Assembly (NCBI GenBank): GCA_002269645.1
Contig: NIVC01000278.1
Location: forward strand, 375,070 to 439,069
Source of the DNA: Macrostomum lignano
Lineage: Eukaryota
Direction of reading: 5' to 3'
DNA: 64,000 bases
Below, in pieces: positions 53,001 through 63,582 of the stretch. Positions within the stretch are counted from its first letter, which is position 1; every line of letters starts with the position of its first letter. The notes below the pieces were generated by a model. The model did no database searches and was not told the origin of the DNA. It saw nothing but the letters and a program-made list of their open reading frames with translations. A program made the translations under genes and the position numbers.

Positions 53001-54212
53001 ACGAAGTCTGCGAGACGTACGAAGGCAAGATCGCCCTTTCGGTGGAGCTGTGATTGTGTGCTCCGGAGACTTTCGACAACTGCTGCCTGTCGAGAAAAGC
53101 GGAACGCGAGCCAACAACGTGTTTGCGTGCGTCAGCCGATCCAAGTTTTGGCCATTGTTTCAGCGGCATCGCCTGAGGACCAACATACGGCTGCTGAGGA
53201 GTTCCGATGCGGCACTGTATGAGCGCTACTCGAGACTTCTGATTCAGGTGGGATGTACTCTGTACTATTTATACCGTACTTTTGATTGCTGTAGGTTGTT
53301 TATTTTCTACCTGGCTTTTCTAATAATAGATTACGTAACCAGTGATTTTTGATATCTAAAACCAACTGTTATTTATGGTTATACTTATCAAGTCTTAATG
53401 TTGGAAACGTAATTTTGCTTTCTCTTTTATCCGTTTTTCGTTCACAGATCGGTTCTGGTTTGGTCCCAGAAGATTCGGGCGGAAACATTTCGCTGCCTTC
53501 CGAGATCTTCTTGCCAGCAGAGGCCAGCCTGACGGACCTTATCAAATTCGTTTATCTGTCATTTGAGGCCTCGGCGGAGAGAGACGTCTACTTTGCGAAT
53601 AGAGCCATCCTGGCACCCTACAATGACTCCGTCAATGCCATCAATGAGCAGTGTCTGGCCTTGTTCCCTGGGACACAGCGCGAATACCGATCAGTGGACA
53701 GCGTTGCAGACGAGGATTCGGCAACTCACTTCCCGCCAGAGTTGCTGAACCAGCTCGATGCGCCAAATTTTCCAACGCACCTGCTGAGACTCAAAGTCGG
53801 CATGCCAGTTGTGCTCCTGCGCAACCTCAACCCACCGCGGCTTTGCAACGGCACCCGACTCATTATCTTAGCGCTGGGCGAGAACGTGCTGCGCTGCAAA
53901 GTGGCTGCCGGCCAGTTCACCGGCGATGAGATCCTGCTGCCGCGGATCCCTCTGGTGCCGAACAACGCGGACCTGCCCGTCGCATTCAAACGTCTGCAGT
54001 TTCCGGTGAAGCCAAGCTTTTGCCTGACTATCCACAAGTCCCAGGGGCAGAGCTTGGAGACTGTCGGCATCGATCTGACTGTGGGATGCTTTGCTCACGG
54101 ACAGCTCTACACTGCTCTGTCTCGAGCCAAGAATGCAGCGAATGTCCGAGTCAGGATGCCGGGAACCACGACAAAAAATGTCGTTTATCCAGAGATTCTC
54201 ACACGAGATTAA
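47043..54212 (+). CDS. Helitron RepHel protein: STPR-like 23-aa repeats, OTU cysteine protease, zinc finger, HUH Rep, Pif1 (SF1B) helicase; 9 exons, ~1838 aa, one 1-bp frameshift near 48190
   Basis: Exons 47043-47728, 48010-48626, 48974-49558, 49650-50419, 50561-50903, 51108-51438, 51570-52591, 52851-53247, 53448-54212, all GT-AG with matching phases. Motifs: GDGNCFF/EHYESL (OTU), PDLFVTATCNPKW, EYQKRGLPHVHFLLW, VKYIIKYLLK (Rep), APAGSGKT, WDEISM, GDFRQLLPV, LCNGTR, TIHKSQGQS, HGQLYTALSR (Pif1). Confidence 0.95.
47150..47640 (+). repeat. 69-bp coding tandem repeat (~7 units) in RepHel exon 1
   Basis: Encodes (ETDAERAARLEELRQRDAERRAC)n. Confidence 0.97.
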
Positions 54213-54975
54213 ACCTGATTATACATGACTTATGAGTATGTCCGTTTAGTTCTATTAAAGTCTTATAGTGAAATGAAAAACTCAAAGTTTAGACAATAAT
54301 TTAAGCATAGAGGATTTACACGCCTAAAGCAAAAGCATGTAGCCATCACGTGCTAACACAAAGCTGACAGAAGGCCAGAAAAATTCAATGAACTGGTGTT
54401 GAACAACGGTTTCTGTTCTGTCGATTTTACAATCCTAAATTTTTTACAACCTCAAAATCAGTTTTTCATTTCACTATTACGATATGTATCATGATTTACT
54501 TACAGCCTGTGATATGTATGCTACTATTATACTCTTACCGTAAATCTGTATAGTATGCAGGGAATTTGTAAGCTATTCCATATTCATAAAGTATAAACTT
54601 ATTTTTAAATAGCTTATATTTAAGGCAATACCTTTATCAAATCCCCAACATGCTTAATACCAGTACAGCTGCAGTTATTGAGCTGTTATTAATTTCAATT
54701 AGTTTCAATAATGCTGGTGACCACCATCACAGCTTTTCACCCACCATCACAGTAAATGTGCGCCAGCAATATATGAAGAAAAATCCTACTATAATGCTAT
54801 ATTCCGCGAAAAGATCAGGCAATTCTTTCATCACAATATCTCTAAGATCTTCAATATATGATTCTGTAGAATAGAATACTAACTAGCTTATTCATACTTA
54901 TTTTTACTCTGGAAACCGTATTTTACCTGCTACTATGAGTACTTTATACGCATTTAGTTGATGTATTGATGTACA

Positions 54976-55112
54976 AGTATTCTACGAGACTCCAGCTCGT
55001 GGCGGGACTTTCCACTATGGCTAAATTTATAATATAGTAAAGTGCACGTTACATTCGCACTGAAGCCATGAAAAGAGTTAAACTGAAGTGGAAAGTCCTG
55101 AATGATGTCTTG
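54976..55112. repeat. Direct repeat copy 1 (partner at 57686-57807) with internal inverted motif GGACTTTCCACT...AGTGGAAAGTCC
   Basis: Both copies share AAGTATTCTRCGAGAC..CAGCTCGTGGCGGGACTTTCCACT and GCCATGAAAAGAGT...GAAGTGGAAAGTCCTGAAT. Confidence 0.85.
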
Positions 55113-55309
55113 CGTCTTTCTCATTTCAATAGCACCACTTATTTTACGAGTACAATATCGATTTAATTTTCCTTTCTTAATTATCATGACTAAGTGGAAA
55201 GTCTTAGAGCTCAGTAGGAGAGTCTTTAAATAAGTAGGAAATTATTGACTCACTGAGTTTACTGAATTAAGATACTGACTGATCTATTGCTTAACAGACT
55301 GAGTTGCGC

Positions 55310-56000
55310 TAATGTGGGAATGCTGCAGATGGGAAAACGCTGCTGCTAAGGGAATGCTGCTGATGGGCGAATGCTGCTGATGGGGGTATGCTGCTGATGG
55401 GGGAATGCTGCAGGATTGGGGAAAGCTGCATGATGGGGGAATGCTGTTGATGAGGGAACGCTGCTGCTAGGGGAATGCTGCTGATGGGGGAATGCTGCAG
55501 GATGGGGGAATGCTGCATGATGGGGGAATGCTGTTGATGGAGGAATGCTGCTGATGGGGGAATGCTGTTGATGGGGGAATGCTGCTGATGGAGGAATGCT
55601 GCATGATGGGGGAATGCTGTTGATGAGGGAACGCTGCTGCAAGGGGAATGCTGCTGATGGGGGGAATGCTGCTGATGGGGGAATGCTGCTGATGAGGGAA
55701 TGCTGCTGATGGGGGAATGCTGCAGGATGGGGGAATGCTGCATGATGGGGGAATGCTGCTGATGGGGGAATGCTGCAGGATGGGGGAATGCTGCATGATG
55801 GGGGAATGCTGCTGATGGGGGAATGCTGCTGATGGGGGAATGCTGCAGGATGGGGGAATGCTGCATGATGGGGGAATGCTGTTGATGAGGGAACGCTGCT
55901 GCTAGGGGAATGCTGCTGATGGGGGAATGCTGTTGATGAGGGAACGCTGCTGCTAGGGGAATGCTGCATGATGGGGGAATGCTGCTGATGGGGAAATTCT
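55310..56000. repeat. ~17-bp minisatellite (GGGGAATGCTGCTGATG)n
   Basis: Directly visible. Confidence 0.96.
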
Positions 56001-56751
56001 GTTGATTGTGAAATCTTCTAATGGAGGAATGTTGCTAATCGAGTTGGCAGGCAGATGGTAGAGAATTCGCAAAACAGATTGGAGTGACATTTATAAGCAC
56101 TAAAAAGCTGAGCAACAGGATTACTTTTAGAAATAAGAAGCACACTGAACCTGCTATTTTTTTGAGTATGATTATTTTCACTGTCTGTTCGGGAAAAAGA
56201 TTTTTCCTTTGAGAGAAGAAGTTCGATTTCTCACTTTTCAATTCACTACTTATTAGACAAAATTTTTACTGAATAATACTCGTATTGACAGAAGTCAAAT
56301 TAAGAATCAGAATAAAATTAAACTTAGATGGGTTGTATAGTCGGGCGTATGTATGTGACTCACGCCACACTATTAGTGCACGCGCCCTCGCAAGATCGAT
56401 TGTGATTGGCTGGACGATTGTTTGATTTCTGCCTTACCCCAAACCAGTCTGAGCTATGCTGGTGGTCGCTGATCGTGGCAAAGCGATCTTAATGTTGGTT
56501 TGGTAATGCCTAACTTTGAGAATTTTACAATTGCGTCACAGTTTCATACCTAATAGGGCTGGAATATTGATTACCAGACTTCTCACCCCTGTAAGTCCCT
56601 TGCGTTGCACTTTTTCAATCTCGCCATAAATAAAAGCTAATATAAATATGGAGTGCCAAGTGCGAGACAAAAGTAAAACAATTTTATTGAATAGAAGTTA
56701 TCTACTGTACCTCTACTACTTTTCTATTAACTTGAAGTTAAATATTTGAGA

Positions 56752-57297
56752 ATGTCACAACCGCCAAAGAAGCCCGATAGCTACATCGACATGTGGACTC
56801 GCGAAGCAAGAGCTATTGAGCAGCATATGAATGGCTTTCTCACCCGAATGAAGTCACGAGTACTGGAACCGCTTGAACGAGTCTGACAGCAGGAAGCGGA
56901 CCAGAAGCAGGCGCTGACTAGCCTTATTGCAGAGCAGCGCATTGAAATAGCCAAGCTGAGAGCTGACAACCAGCGACTTCAAGAGCAACTTCGGCGAGTC
57001 ACAGCTGATCGGGACTGACTGGAAGAGCAACTCGGTGTGCAGATTGCTGAGCTGGACGAAGGAGCTAACGCACCTGGCCAGATGAAGCGACTGCATCCAT
57101 CCGCGGCAAACTCTGCTGGTCCCAGTAAAGGTCGAGAACCAACTGCGGAGGACAGCGAAGACGCCGCTGATGACCATGGGACAGATCAAGAGATCGCCGA
57201 TGATGCTGATGCTCCTAGCCAGAAGAGGCGGCGACAACAAAGCGCTAGCCCAGCTGGTTCCAGCAGAAGCGAAGACCCCAGTGCAGAGAACAGCTAA
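56752..57297 (+). pseudogene. Intronless ~181-codon coiled-coil/acidic protein gene with two internal TGA stops
   Basis: MSQPPKKPDSYIDMWTREARAIEQHMNGFLTRMKSRVLEPLERV*QQEADQKQALTSLIAEQRIEIAKLRADNQRLQEQLRRVTADRD*LEEQLGVQ...; single frame from ATG 56752 to TAA 57297. Confidence 0.6.
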
Positions 57298-57685
57298 GAC
57301 CGGACGGTCACTGCACTCTTATATATGAGTAGGTACAGACTTACAATACAAAGTATTCATTTCATCAATTATATCAGCTCAGTTTACTGTATGTTTTTCA
57401 CATGTATGTTACAGTAAGCATACGTAAATATATGCTAATTTTGACCAAGTCTTGATGTGGAATGAAAAGCTCTTATTTAATACCCCTCGTACACTTTTAA
57501 AAACGATCCTTTCACGGCTTTTTTAGTTAGATTTCTTTTTTTCAAGGAAAATTTTGAGTATTTGAGTCTTTAATGCCATATAGATTAAAGCTATCTAAAT
57601 GGAGGCGTCAATAAAAAAATAATGCTTTTCATTTCACCATGACTTCTACGATACTATTAGTAAGTAGGCTACTTACCGTATATTA

Positions 57686-57807
57686 AGTATTCTGCGAGAC
57701 CAGCTCGTGGCGGGACTTTCCACTCTGGTTATATCTTACAATATAAAATACTTACTGTAAGCCATGAAAAGAGTGAACTTGAAGTGGAAAGTCCTGAATA
57801 ATGTCTT
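57686..57807. repeat. Direct repeat copy 2 (partner at 54976-55112)
   Basis: See copy 1. Confidence 0.85.
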
Positions 57808-59099
57808 TAATCTCTTTTATTTTGAACAACTTACGGTTGCCATTCTACGGCTAGAATGAACACTAGATTTGTACTTAAGTAGTGCGAGTCGACTGTTTGA
57901 TCATAAGAGAATAGAAAAAGTAAGAAGCTTCAGAGCTGCTTCAAGTAGTAAGACAAAGAAGTAAAAGCATTTCGAGTTAGTCTGAGCGCTCTATTTGACG
58001 TTTTTGGCAGAAGCCTACGTTTGATACAACTACAACTACAACTACAACTACAACATACTAATTAAAAATGGTCTTACAAGCAAGCAAGTATGATAATTTT
58101 TGTAGGTAGTTCTTTGAATTGCAGCCTTTTCGACTAGATAAAATTTATTAACTACTCAATGACTTTGTGGGATACTTCTAATATATCTCTACAATTGAGA
58201 CCAATTGGGACCGATTAAGAAATGCTCTTTTTGCGACAAAATAATGCAACGCAGCAAGTACACAAATACACGAGTATCTGGGCAGGCTCTGCTTTTAATT
58301 CTAAAATCAAGTCTCATAATTCCTTCCATAAATCATTCTCTCAGCATTGCACATTCGGCCTCTAATATCTATCGAAGATACAAAAAACTATGCGCCTGGG
58401 ATTGAGGGCGAAGAAACCGAGGGTATGCTTAAACAATGTTGGACAGTAGGAAACAAGATGCAGAAGGATGATTGAATAAATGAGTTATTTCCTAACATTG
58501 TTTCGGAGTTAAAGCGCGACTCTTAGACTAAGTGGGAATGGAATGAAGAATTTGGAAGGATGAATGCTTTTAATTTATTGAATGTAGAATTTAGAAATGT
58601 TGTATTGACAATTTTGTACTTGCCGCCAGGAGGCCAAGCCAGTTAGCACGAGGGGCGCCATGTTACAGGGATGCCGATCAAGGTCAATCCGGGGGTGCCA
58701 CAACTGCCCAAAAGGGCGCAAAAACCGTTAGAACAAACGCTAAAACGCAACCGCCAAGGGGCGCCAGTGTCTTAAGGGCGTTTTCGTAGTTTTCGAGGGG
58801 GCTGCTGCCCCCCCCCCGTCCCTCAAATAAGATAAGCCGGGACGCATGATTAAGCGCGCATTTAGTAACTGCTCTTAGTACAGCAAGCGCACATTTAAAA
58901 TGCATGAGTCTGGCACAAGCGCACATTCTAGACGCATCAATCTGAATGCTGCAACTTGAAGTTAGAATAGTAAGACCGGCGATTTCAGCTCTCCCGTGTC
59001 CCAGCTCTCCCAGCAGCCGGACCATCAGCTGCAGCCAGCGAAAGACCATCAAAACCCGGTCTCAGAATTGCGTAACTTGTAGTTCTATTCTTAGCTACT

Positions 59100-59292
59100 G
59101 AACGTTTTACCGTTTTAAATAAGAGCATTTTACCATTTTAATCGCAAAAATGTAAAATTTTAAGTCTAAGCATTATAACTTTGTGAAAAATAAATATAGT
59201 GAAAAAGTTTAAAGAAGCCATTTTTTCTGAAATCTATCGCACAGCTAGATAGATAGATAGATAGATACAGACAACTCATTTTTAGTATATTG
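59100..59292 (-). mobile_element. 5' end of non-autonomous Helitron-type element with (TATC)n
   Basis: Minus strand A|TCCAATATACTAAAAATGAGTTGTCTGTATCTATCTATC, similar to the termini at 45543 and 28623. Confidence 0.6.
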
Positions 59293-60291
59293 GATAAAGC
59301 TTCCTGACTTTGTGCTGACTTAGTCATAATACAAGAATTGGCTTGATATCCTTGCAAGCGTCTTGTAAGCGTCTTGCAAGCATCCTTGCAATGCGTCTTG
59401 TGTCCTGACTTAGTCATAAAAATTGCCTGCGCGCTATGTCTCAACTGTAAAAATTGCCTGCGCGCTAAAGTCACTGGGATTTTTGCGCCCTTGTGCCTGT
59501 GCGCGCCTATTTCCACACTTTCCAAAAAAATATATACTCAGCAACATTGAAAAGTCGCCACTCTATGCAATTTCTCTTGGACTATTCTGAAATAAAAGAT
59601 ACGAGAAAACTGAGGGGTAGCTTTAATCCGTCCAACCCTCACACACCGCTCCCCCCCCCCCAACTTCATTACTCAACTCATGTCTGCCGCGGCGTAGCTG
59701 AGTTGCGTCACTCGCAAACATTGAGAGACTTAAACTGCACTCTCAAAAGTCGCGACCACAGACGGAATTTTCTGTGATGGCGACTTTTCGATGTTGCTGA
59801 GTATAAATGCGCGCTTATGTCCACGCGCTTATTCAGCCCTCCCGATAAGCCTCACCCAAAGTTCGCGAGAGAATAGTAGGCGCAAATTTGCTGACCCACG
59901 GACAAGAAGTCCTGAGGTCAGCTCTGGAATGCCTGTCAACTGGGCCATATGTACCCAACTGGGTATATTGATTCAATTATACTGCCTAATAAAATCCCAT
60001 TTGATTCGTCAAAGGATTGAACAATTGTATATTCTGGCTTTAATTGTAAGACTTCGTACGAGCGTAATTACGATAAAAGAAAAAACTCAAGACAATTCAA
60101 ATCTCCTGTCTAAAAACTTCCAGATGACCAATCACAATTTGAAGGTTCCCATGTTACCAATCCTTCACTTAATATTAGTTTTGCATATAGTTGTTACTTA
60201 TAGATTGAGTTATTATTTAGTAGTAATAAGTTTAATTTAATTAATTAAACAGAAAGTAGTTCGCAAACAATTAACCAGTACAAGTACATTG

Positions 60292-60498
60292 CTATTCAAG
60301 CAATTCAACCGCAGCGACGCCGCTGTCATCAGTCGTCAGCAAATTTACGTCGTCAGCAGCGACCCCAGCGGGTTTAGTGGCTGGGTTGGCAGCAGTGGCC
60401 GTCGTGGCCCTTGAAGCAGCAGTGGCTGCGTTAGCAGCGCGCCGGCAGTCCGCTACCTTATGCCCTACTTTCAGGCAGTAGAAGCACATAGCACCTGC
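60292..60498 (-). pseudogene. CCHC zinc-knuckle fragment (gag-like or isolated exon)
   Basis: CFYCLKVGHKVADC matches C-x2-C-x4-H-x4-C; preceded by a possible acceptor TTTGCAG|. Confidence 0.55.
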
Positions 60499-61047
60499 AA
60501 ATTTTATATAAGTGTAATTCTTTCCCTTCTGCGGATACAAAATACTTTTTCAGCGACTGTAGTGAGTGAATAAATTCAAAGTCAGTAGAAGGCATGAGGG
60601 GGCTTTTGGGACAAAATTTTTCACGTCCTCCATAATCCCATTAAATCCATCCATATTATCCCTGACAGAATCAGAAAAAAGGGGGGTCGCACTCGCTCAC
60701 AAAACGTCCTCCATAATCCCATTAAATCCATCCATATTATCCCTGACAGAATCATGAAAAAGGGGAGGGGCCGCACTTGCTCTGAAAACTTCGAACATAA
60801 TCCTATTAAATCCATCCATATTATCCCCGACAGAATCAGACAGTGGACACCTGTTATGCTCACTGACACTGACATCATCCACCAACATCCACCCATAGCA
60901 TCTTCGAAACAATCAGAAAAAAAAATCTGCATTCTTCTCCCCATGGGGCCCACATTCAATCCGAAGCGGCGAAACCAGATCCCTAAAACTTTAAATCCCC
61001 TAACCCAGGGTCCTTACCCTTTGAAAAAAATTAAATTCTCAATAAAA

Positions 61048-61285
61048 ATGTTTCCAGTTGTCTCTCCAGGTTCTTATTATACTCAGCCTAATCCATTGTA
61101 CAAATCCAAGTACCAATGCAAACTTGAATGCAGCGAGTACATGAGAAAATATTGGCCCAACGTTGATATCAATGTCCCTAATATTAATCTAGCTCTCCAA
61201 AGACACTGGTTTTTATAAGTATGGAGTAGTCATTAACGATTACGACAGCTACTATAACTTTGCAGAAATCATTAAGCAATTGTGA
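61048..61285 (+). pseudogene. Small Maverick ORF convergent with the penton (one frameshift)
   Basis: AATAAAAATG start; MFPVVSPGSYYTQPNPLYKSKYQCKLECSEYMRKYWPNVDINVPNINLAL / FYKYGVVINDYDSYYNFAEIIKQL*, ending 4 nt from the penton stop. Confidence 0.45.
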
Positions 61286-61289
61286 TTTC

Positions 61290-62150
61290 TTACATTCTCT
61301 CAATGATCAACGTCAATACAAACTCTTCACCGTTGAAATCAACACCCACCCCATCTTCAGTCTCAAACTGTAGCACAATCTCGTGAATCTCCTTATTACT
61401 CAATACAACTCTTTTCACTGGATTTGGTTTCTCTACCACCATCTGTCCTCCAGCAACAGAGTTGGAGATGTACAAAATATTCGTTCGCTTTCCCTTAAAT
61501 ACCCAATCAAGACTGAGATTGCTTCTGATTAGAATATTCAAACCCTTTACAATGTCTGCAATATTGGGTGCTAAGAACAAACCGTTTACACTTTCCCGGA
61601 CCATTCTAACAGTCCCCGATGCTTGAGTGGCGGTCCGCGCCGCGGATTCTGCCTTATAAACTTTCTTCTCGAATCCCAGTTCCCTATACCAAGTGTCATC
61701 TTTAAACTCAACCTCCGCATCTTTGTGAACTTGCATGACCACTCTCATTACAGTGAGATCATAGGTTAGTTTGACAGGGAACAGTTTCTTCTCTGGCTTA
61801 CTCGCATCAGGTGTCTCAAAATGGCCTCTCTTAGTAAAGACATTTTCTAGAAAGTTATTGTAGGTATCCACACTTTGCGTGCTCACATGGAATACCACAG
61901 GGTCTGCTGCTGCACCTTTCCATTTGTAATAAAACTTATTATTTGCTGCCATCACATTGGGAACGTTTGACCAACCAGTGAAGTCGTTAAGATAGACATG
62001 GTAATTAGCGCCTGGATCCAGGCGAATCGCCTGCTCTAATTTTTCAACAAACATCCCGTTTGAGTCATTAATTCGCCCAGTTATTGTAATAGGAATGCTC
62101 TCCTTAGAGTGTGAAACAATGTTGTTTAGTCTTTCGGCTATAGCTTCCAT
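61290..62150 (-). CDS. Polinton minor capsid (penton, single jelly-roll) protein, 286 aa, intact
   Basis: SNVPNVMAANNKFYY...NILIRSNLSLDWVFKGKRTNILY...VVEKPNPVKRVVLSNKEIHEIVLQFETEDGVGVDFNGEEFVLTLIIER resembles the Maverick penton C-terminal pattern; lies directly downstream of the MCP. Confidence 0.82.
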   Translation of the reverse strand: MEAIAERLNNIVSHSKESIPITITGRINDSNGMFVEKLEQAIRLDPGANYHVYLNDFTGWSNVPNVMAANNKFYYKWKGAAADPVVFHVSTQSVDTYNNFLENVFTKRGHFETPDASKPEKKLFPVKLTYDLTVMRVVMQVHKDAEVEFKDDTWYRELGFEKKVYKAESAARTATQASGTVRMVRESVNGLFLAPNIADIVKGLNILIRSNLSLDWVFKGKRTNILYISNSVAGGQMVVEKPNPVKRVVLSNKEIHEIVLQFETEDGVGVDFNGEEFVLTLIIERM

Positions 62151-62168
62151 TTTTTGTCCTAAAAATAT

Positions 62169-63455
62169 TTAAACTTTACTGGACGAATTGTTGATCATGT
62201 TAAGCTTCACCTTCCTCTCAAATGCATAGACAATGTACAGGTCCACGGGTGTTGCGGCAGTCCTTTCAATGTTAGTCACGATATTCACAGGGCTGTTATC
62301 AGTAGGCATTTGTCTGGCAGACACATCAGCGCCAAACATCGGATATAGAGTTCCATATTGAAGAGCAGTGATAGCAATTCCATTGTTCTCTTTCACAGCC
62401 AAGTCGACCAACTCGCTGTAAAATTTGCTAATCTTGTTCTGACTGAAATTTCCATTTTGTGGCAGTGCAGGGTAAAGATTATCACTGATTTCATGCTGAA
62501 TGGACCGCACGTCTCCATGCATGTAGCGTATAATGCTATTTGGGTTTCTCATGTTAATAATAATATACCTTGGATTGCTGAATGATCCCTCTTTAATGCA
62601 GATGTTTGTTCTAGTTTCGTTTCGCTCATCTCGACACATGTAGGCTGTGTATGCAACATCAATGTCCTTCTCTATTGCCTTGAGATAATCCGCTTTTAGT
62701 GCAGTCTTTGGCTCAATGACTTCCAAATACAGCTCGATTCCGGTTAGCTTCACAGCCATCCCAGTGTGGTCCGCCCCAGTCCACAACACTCTACTGCGAT
62801 CATCTCTAGTCAGTCTAAATGTGTAGCTAAAGTTACTAGTCAGTCGATTAAATGTATTACAGAATCCACTCATGAATCTCAGTGGTACAAATACATCAAC
62901 AGACCGATACAGCGGGTTCTTAGCAGCATCATCACCACCTTGCAATGCATAGTTGTATCTCTTCTTCCTCTTTTTATAGCCACTGTCATTGATGTCTCCT
63001 TCTTTTTCATCTGCAATAAAACCCGCACCACTTCCTAATTGAATAAAATCAGGATTCTCGATCAAACAATGAGCGTCATAGACAATTCCAAAGTTGGCGA
63101 TTCGCTCCAACTCAGTGCTCCCATTCGATACACTAAACTCCTTGAACATGTACGCCAAAAGTTACTGATCAGAGCCACATCCGCATCATGCTTGTCAACG
63201 TTAGCACGAGCGCATCCGCACCACCCTTTGTCTTGAATTGAAATGTCATATGGAAGCCGCTCTTAAGACTGGTGCACACTAACCAAAGACGAACATCCAT
63301 TGTATGTAAATGTCAGTGTTTGACCAGGACCAAGATTAGTTTCATTCTGATTTTCCTGACTGGGAACTCTTACCTGAGTCGCTTTGATTGTGCTATCATC
63401 ACTCAAAATAGGCTTGTTAATTTTGTAGAAAACTTGGTGTCAGTGGGTCGTTCAT
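62169..63455 (-). pseudogene. Polinton major capsid (double jelly-roll) protein; N-terminal ~100 codons broken by about 3-4 frameshifts
   Basis: ATG at 63455; FYKINKPILSDDSTIKAT...LTFTYN..., then SNF/LAYMFKEFSV...VDVFVPLRFMSGFC...FRLTR...NPRYIII...LYP...YPMFGADVS, typical of Maverick MCP motifs. Confidence 0.82.
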
Positions 63456-63582
63456 TTTTTACTAAAAATAAAATAAAATAAGAAATGAAGCGAAAAAGTA
63501 CACAGCAGATATCTTAATTGGAGAAGCTAGCACAAGCAGAGAAACGAGTTACCGGCTAATAAATAAGGAGCAACAATCTACA

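Larger units (their letters stand above)
45543..54900 (+). mobile_element. Autonomous Helitron (canonical Helitron1-type Rep); 3' end not located, right coordinate approximate
   Basis: 5' terminus TCCATTATACTAAAAATC at 45543, GATA microsatellite, then the RepHel gene. Confidence 0.9.

Noticed and set aside
48942-54235. Many antisense and alternative-frame ORFs over RepHel
   Set aside because: Shadows of a GC-rich coding sequence with no independent motifs.
55309-55969. His/Pro/Gln-rich minus-strand ORFs
   Set aside because: Translations of the 17-bp minisatellite.
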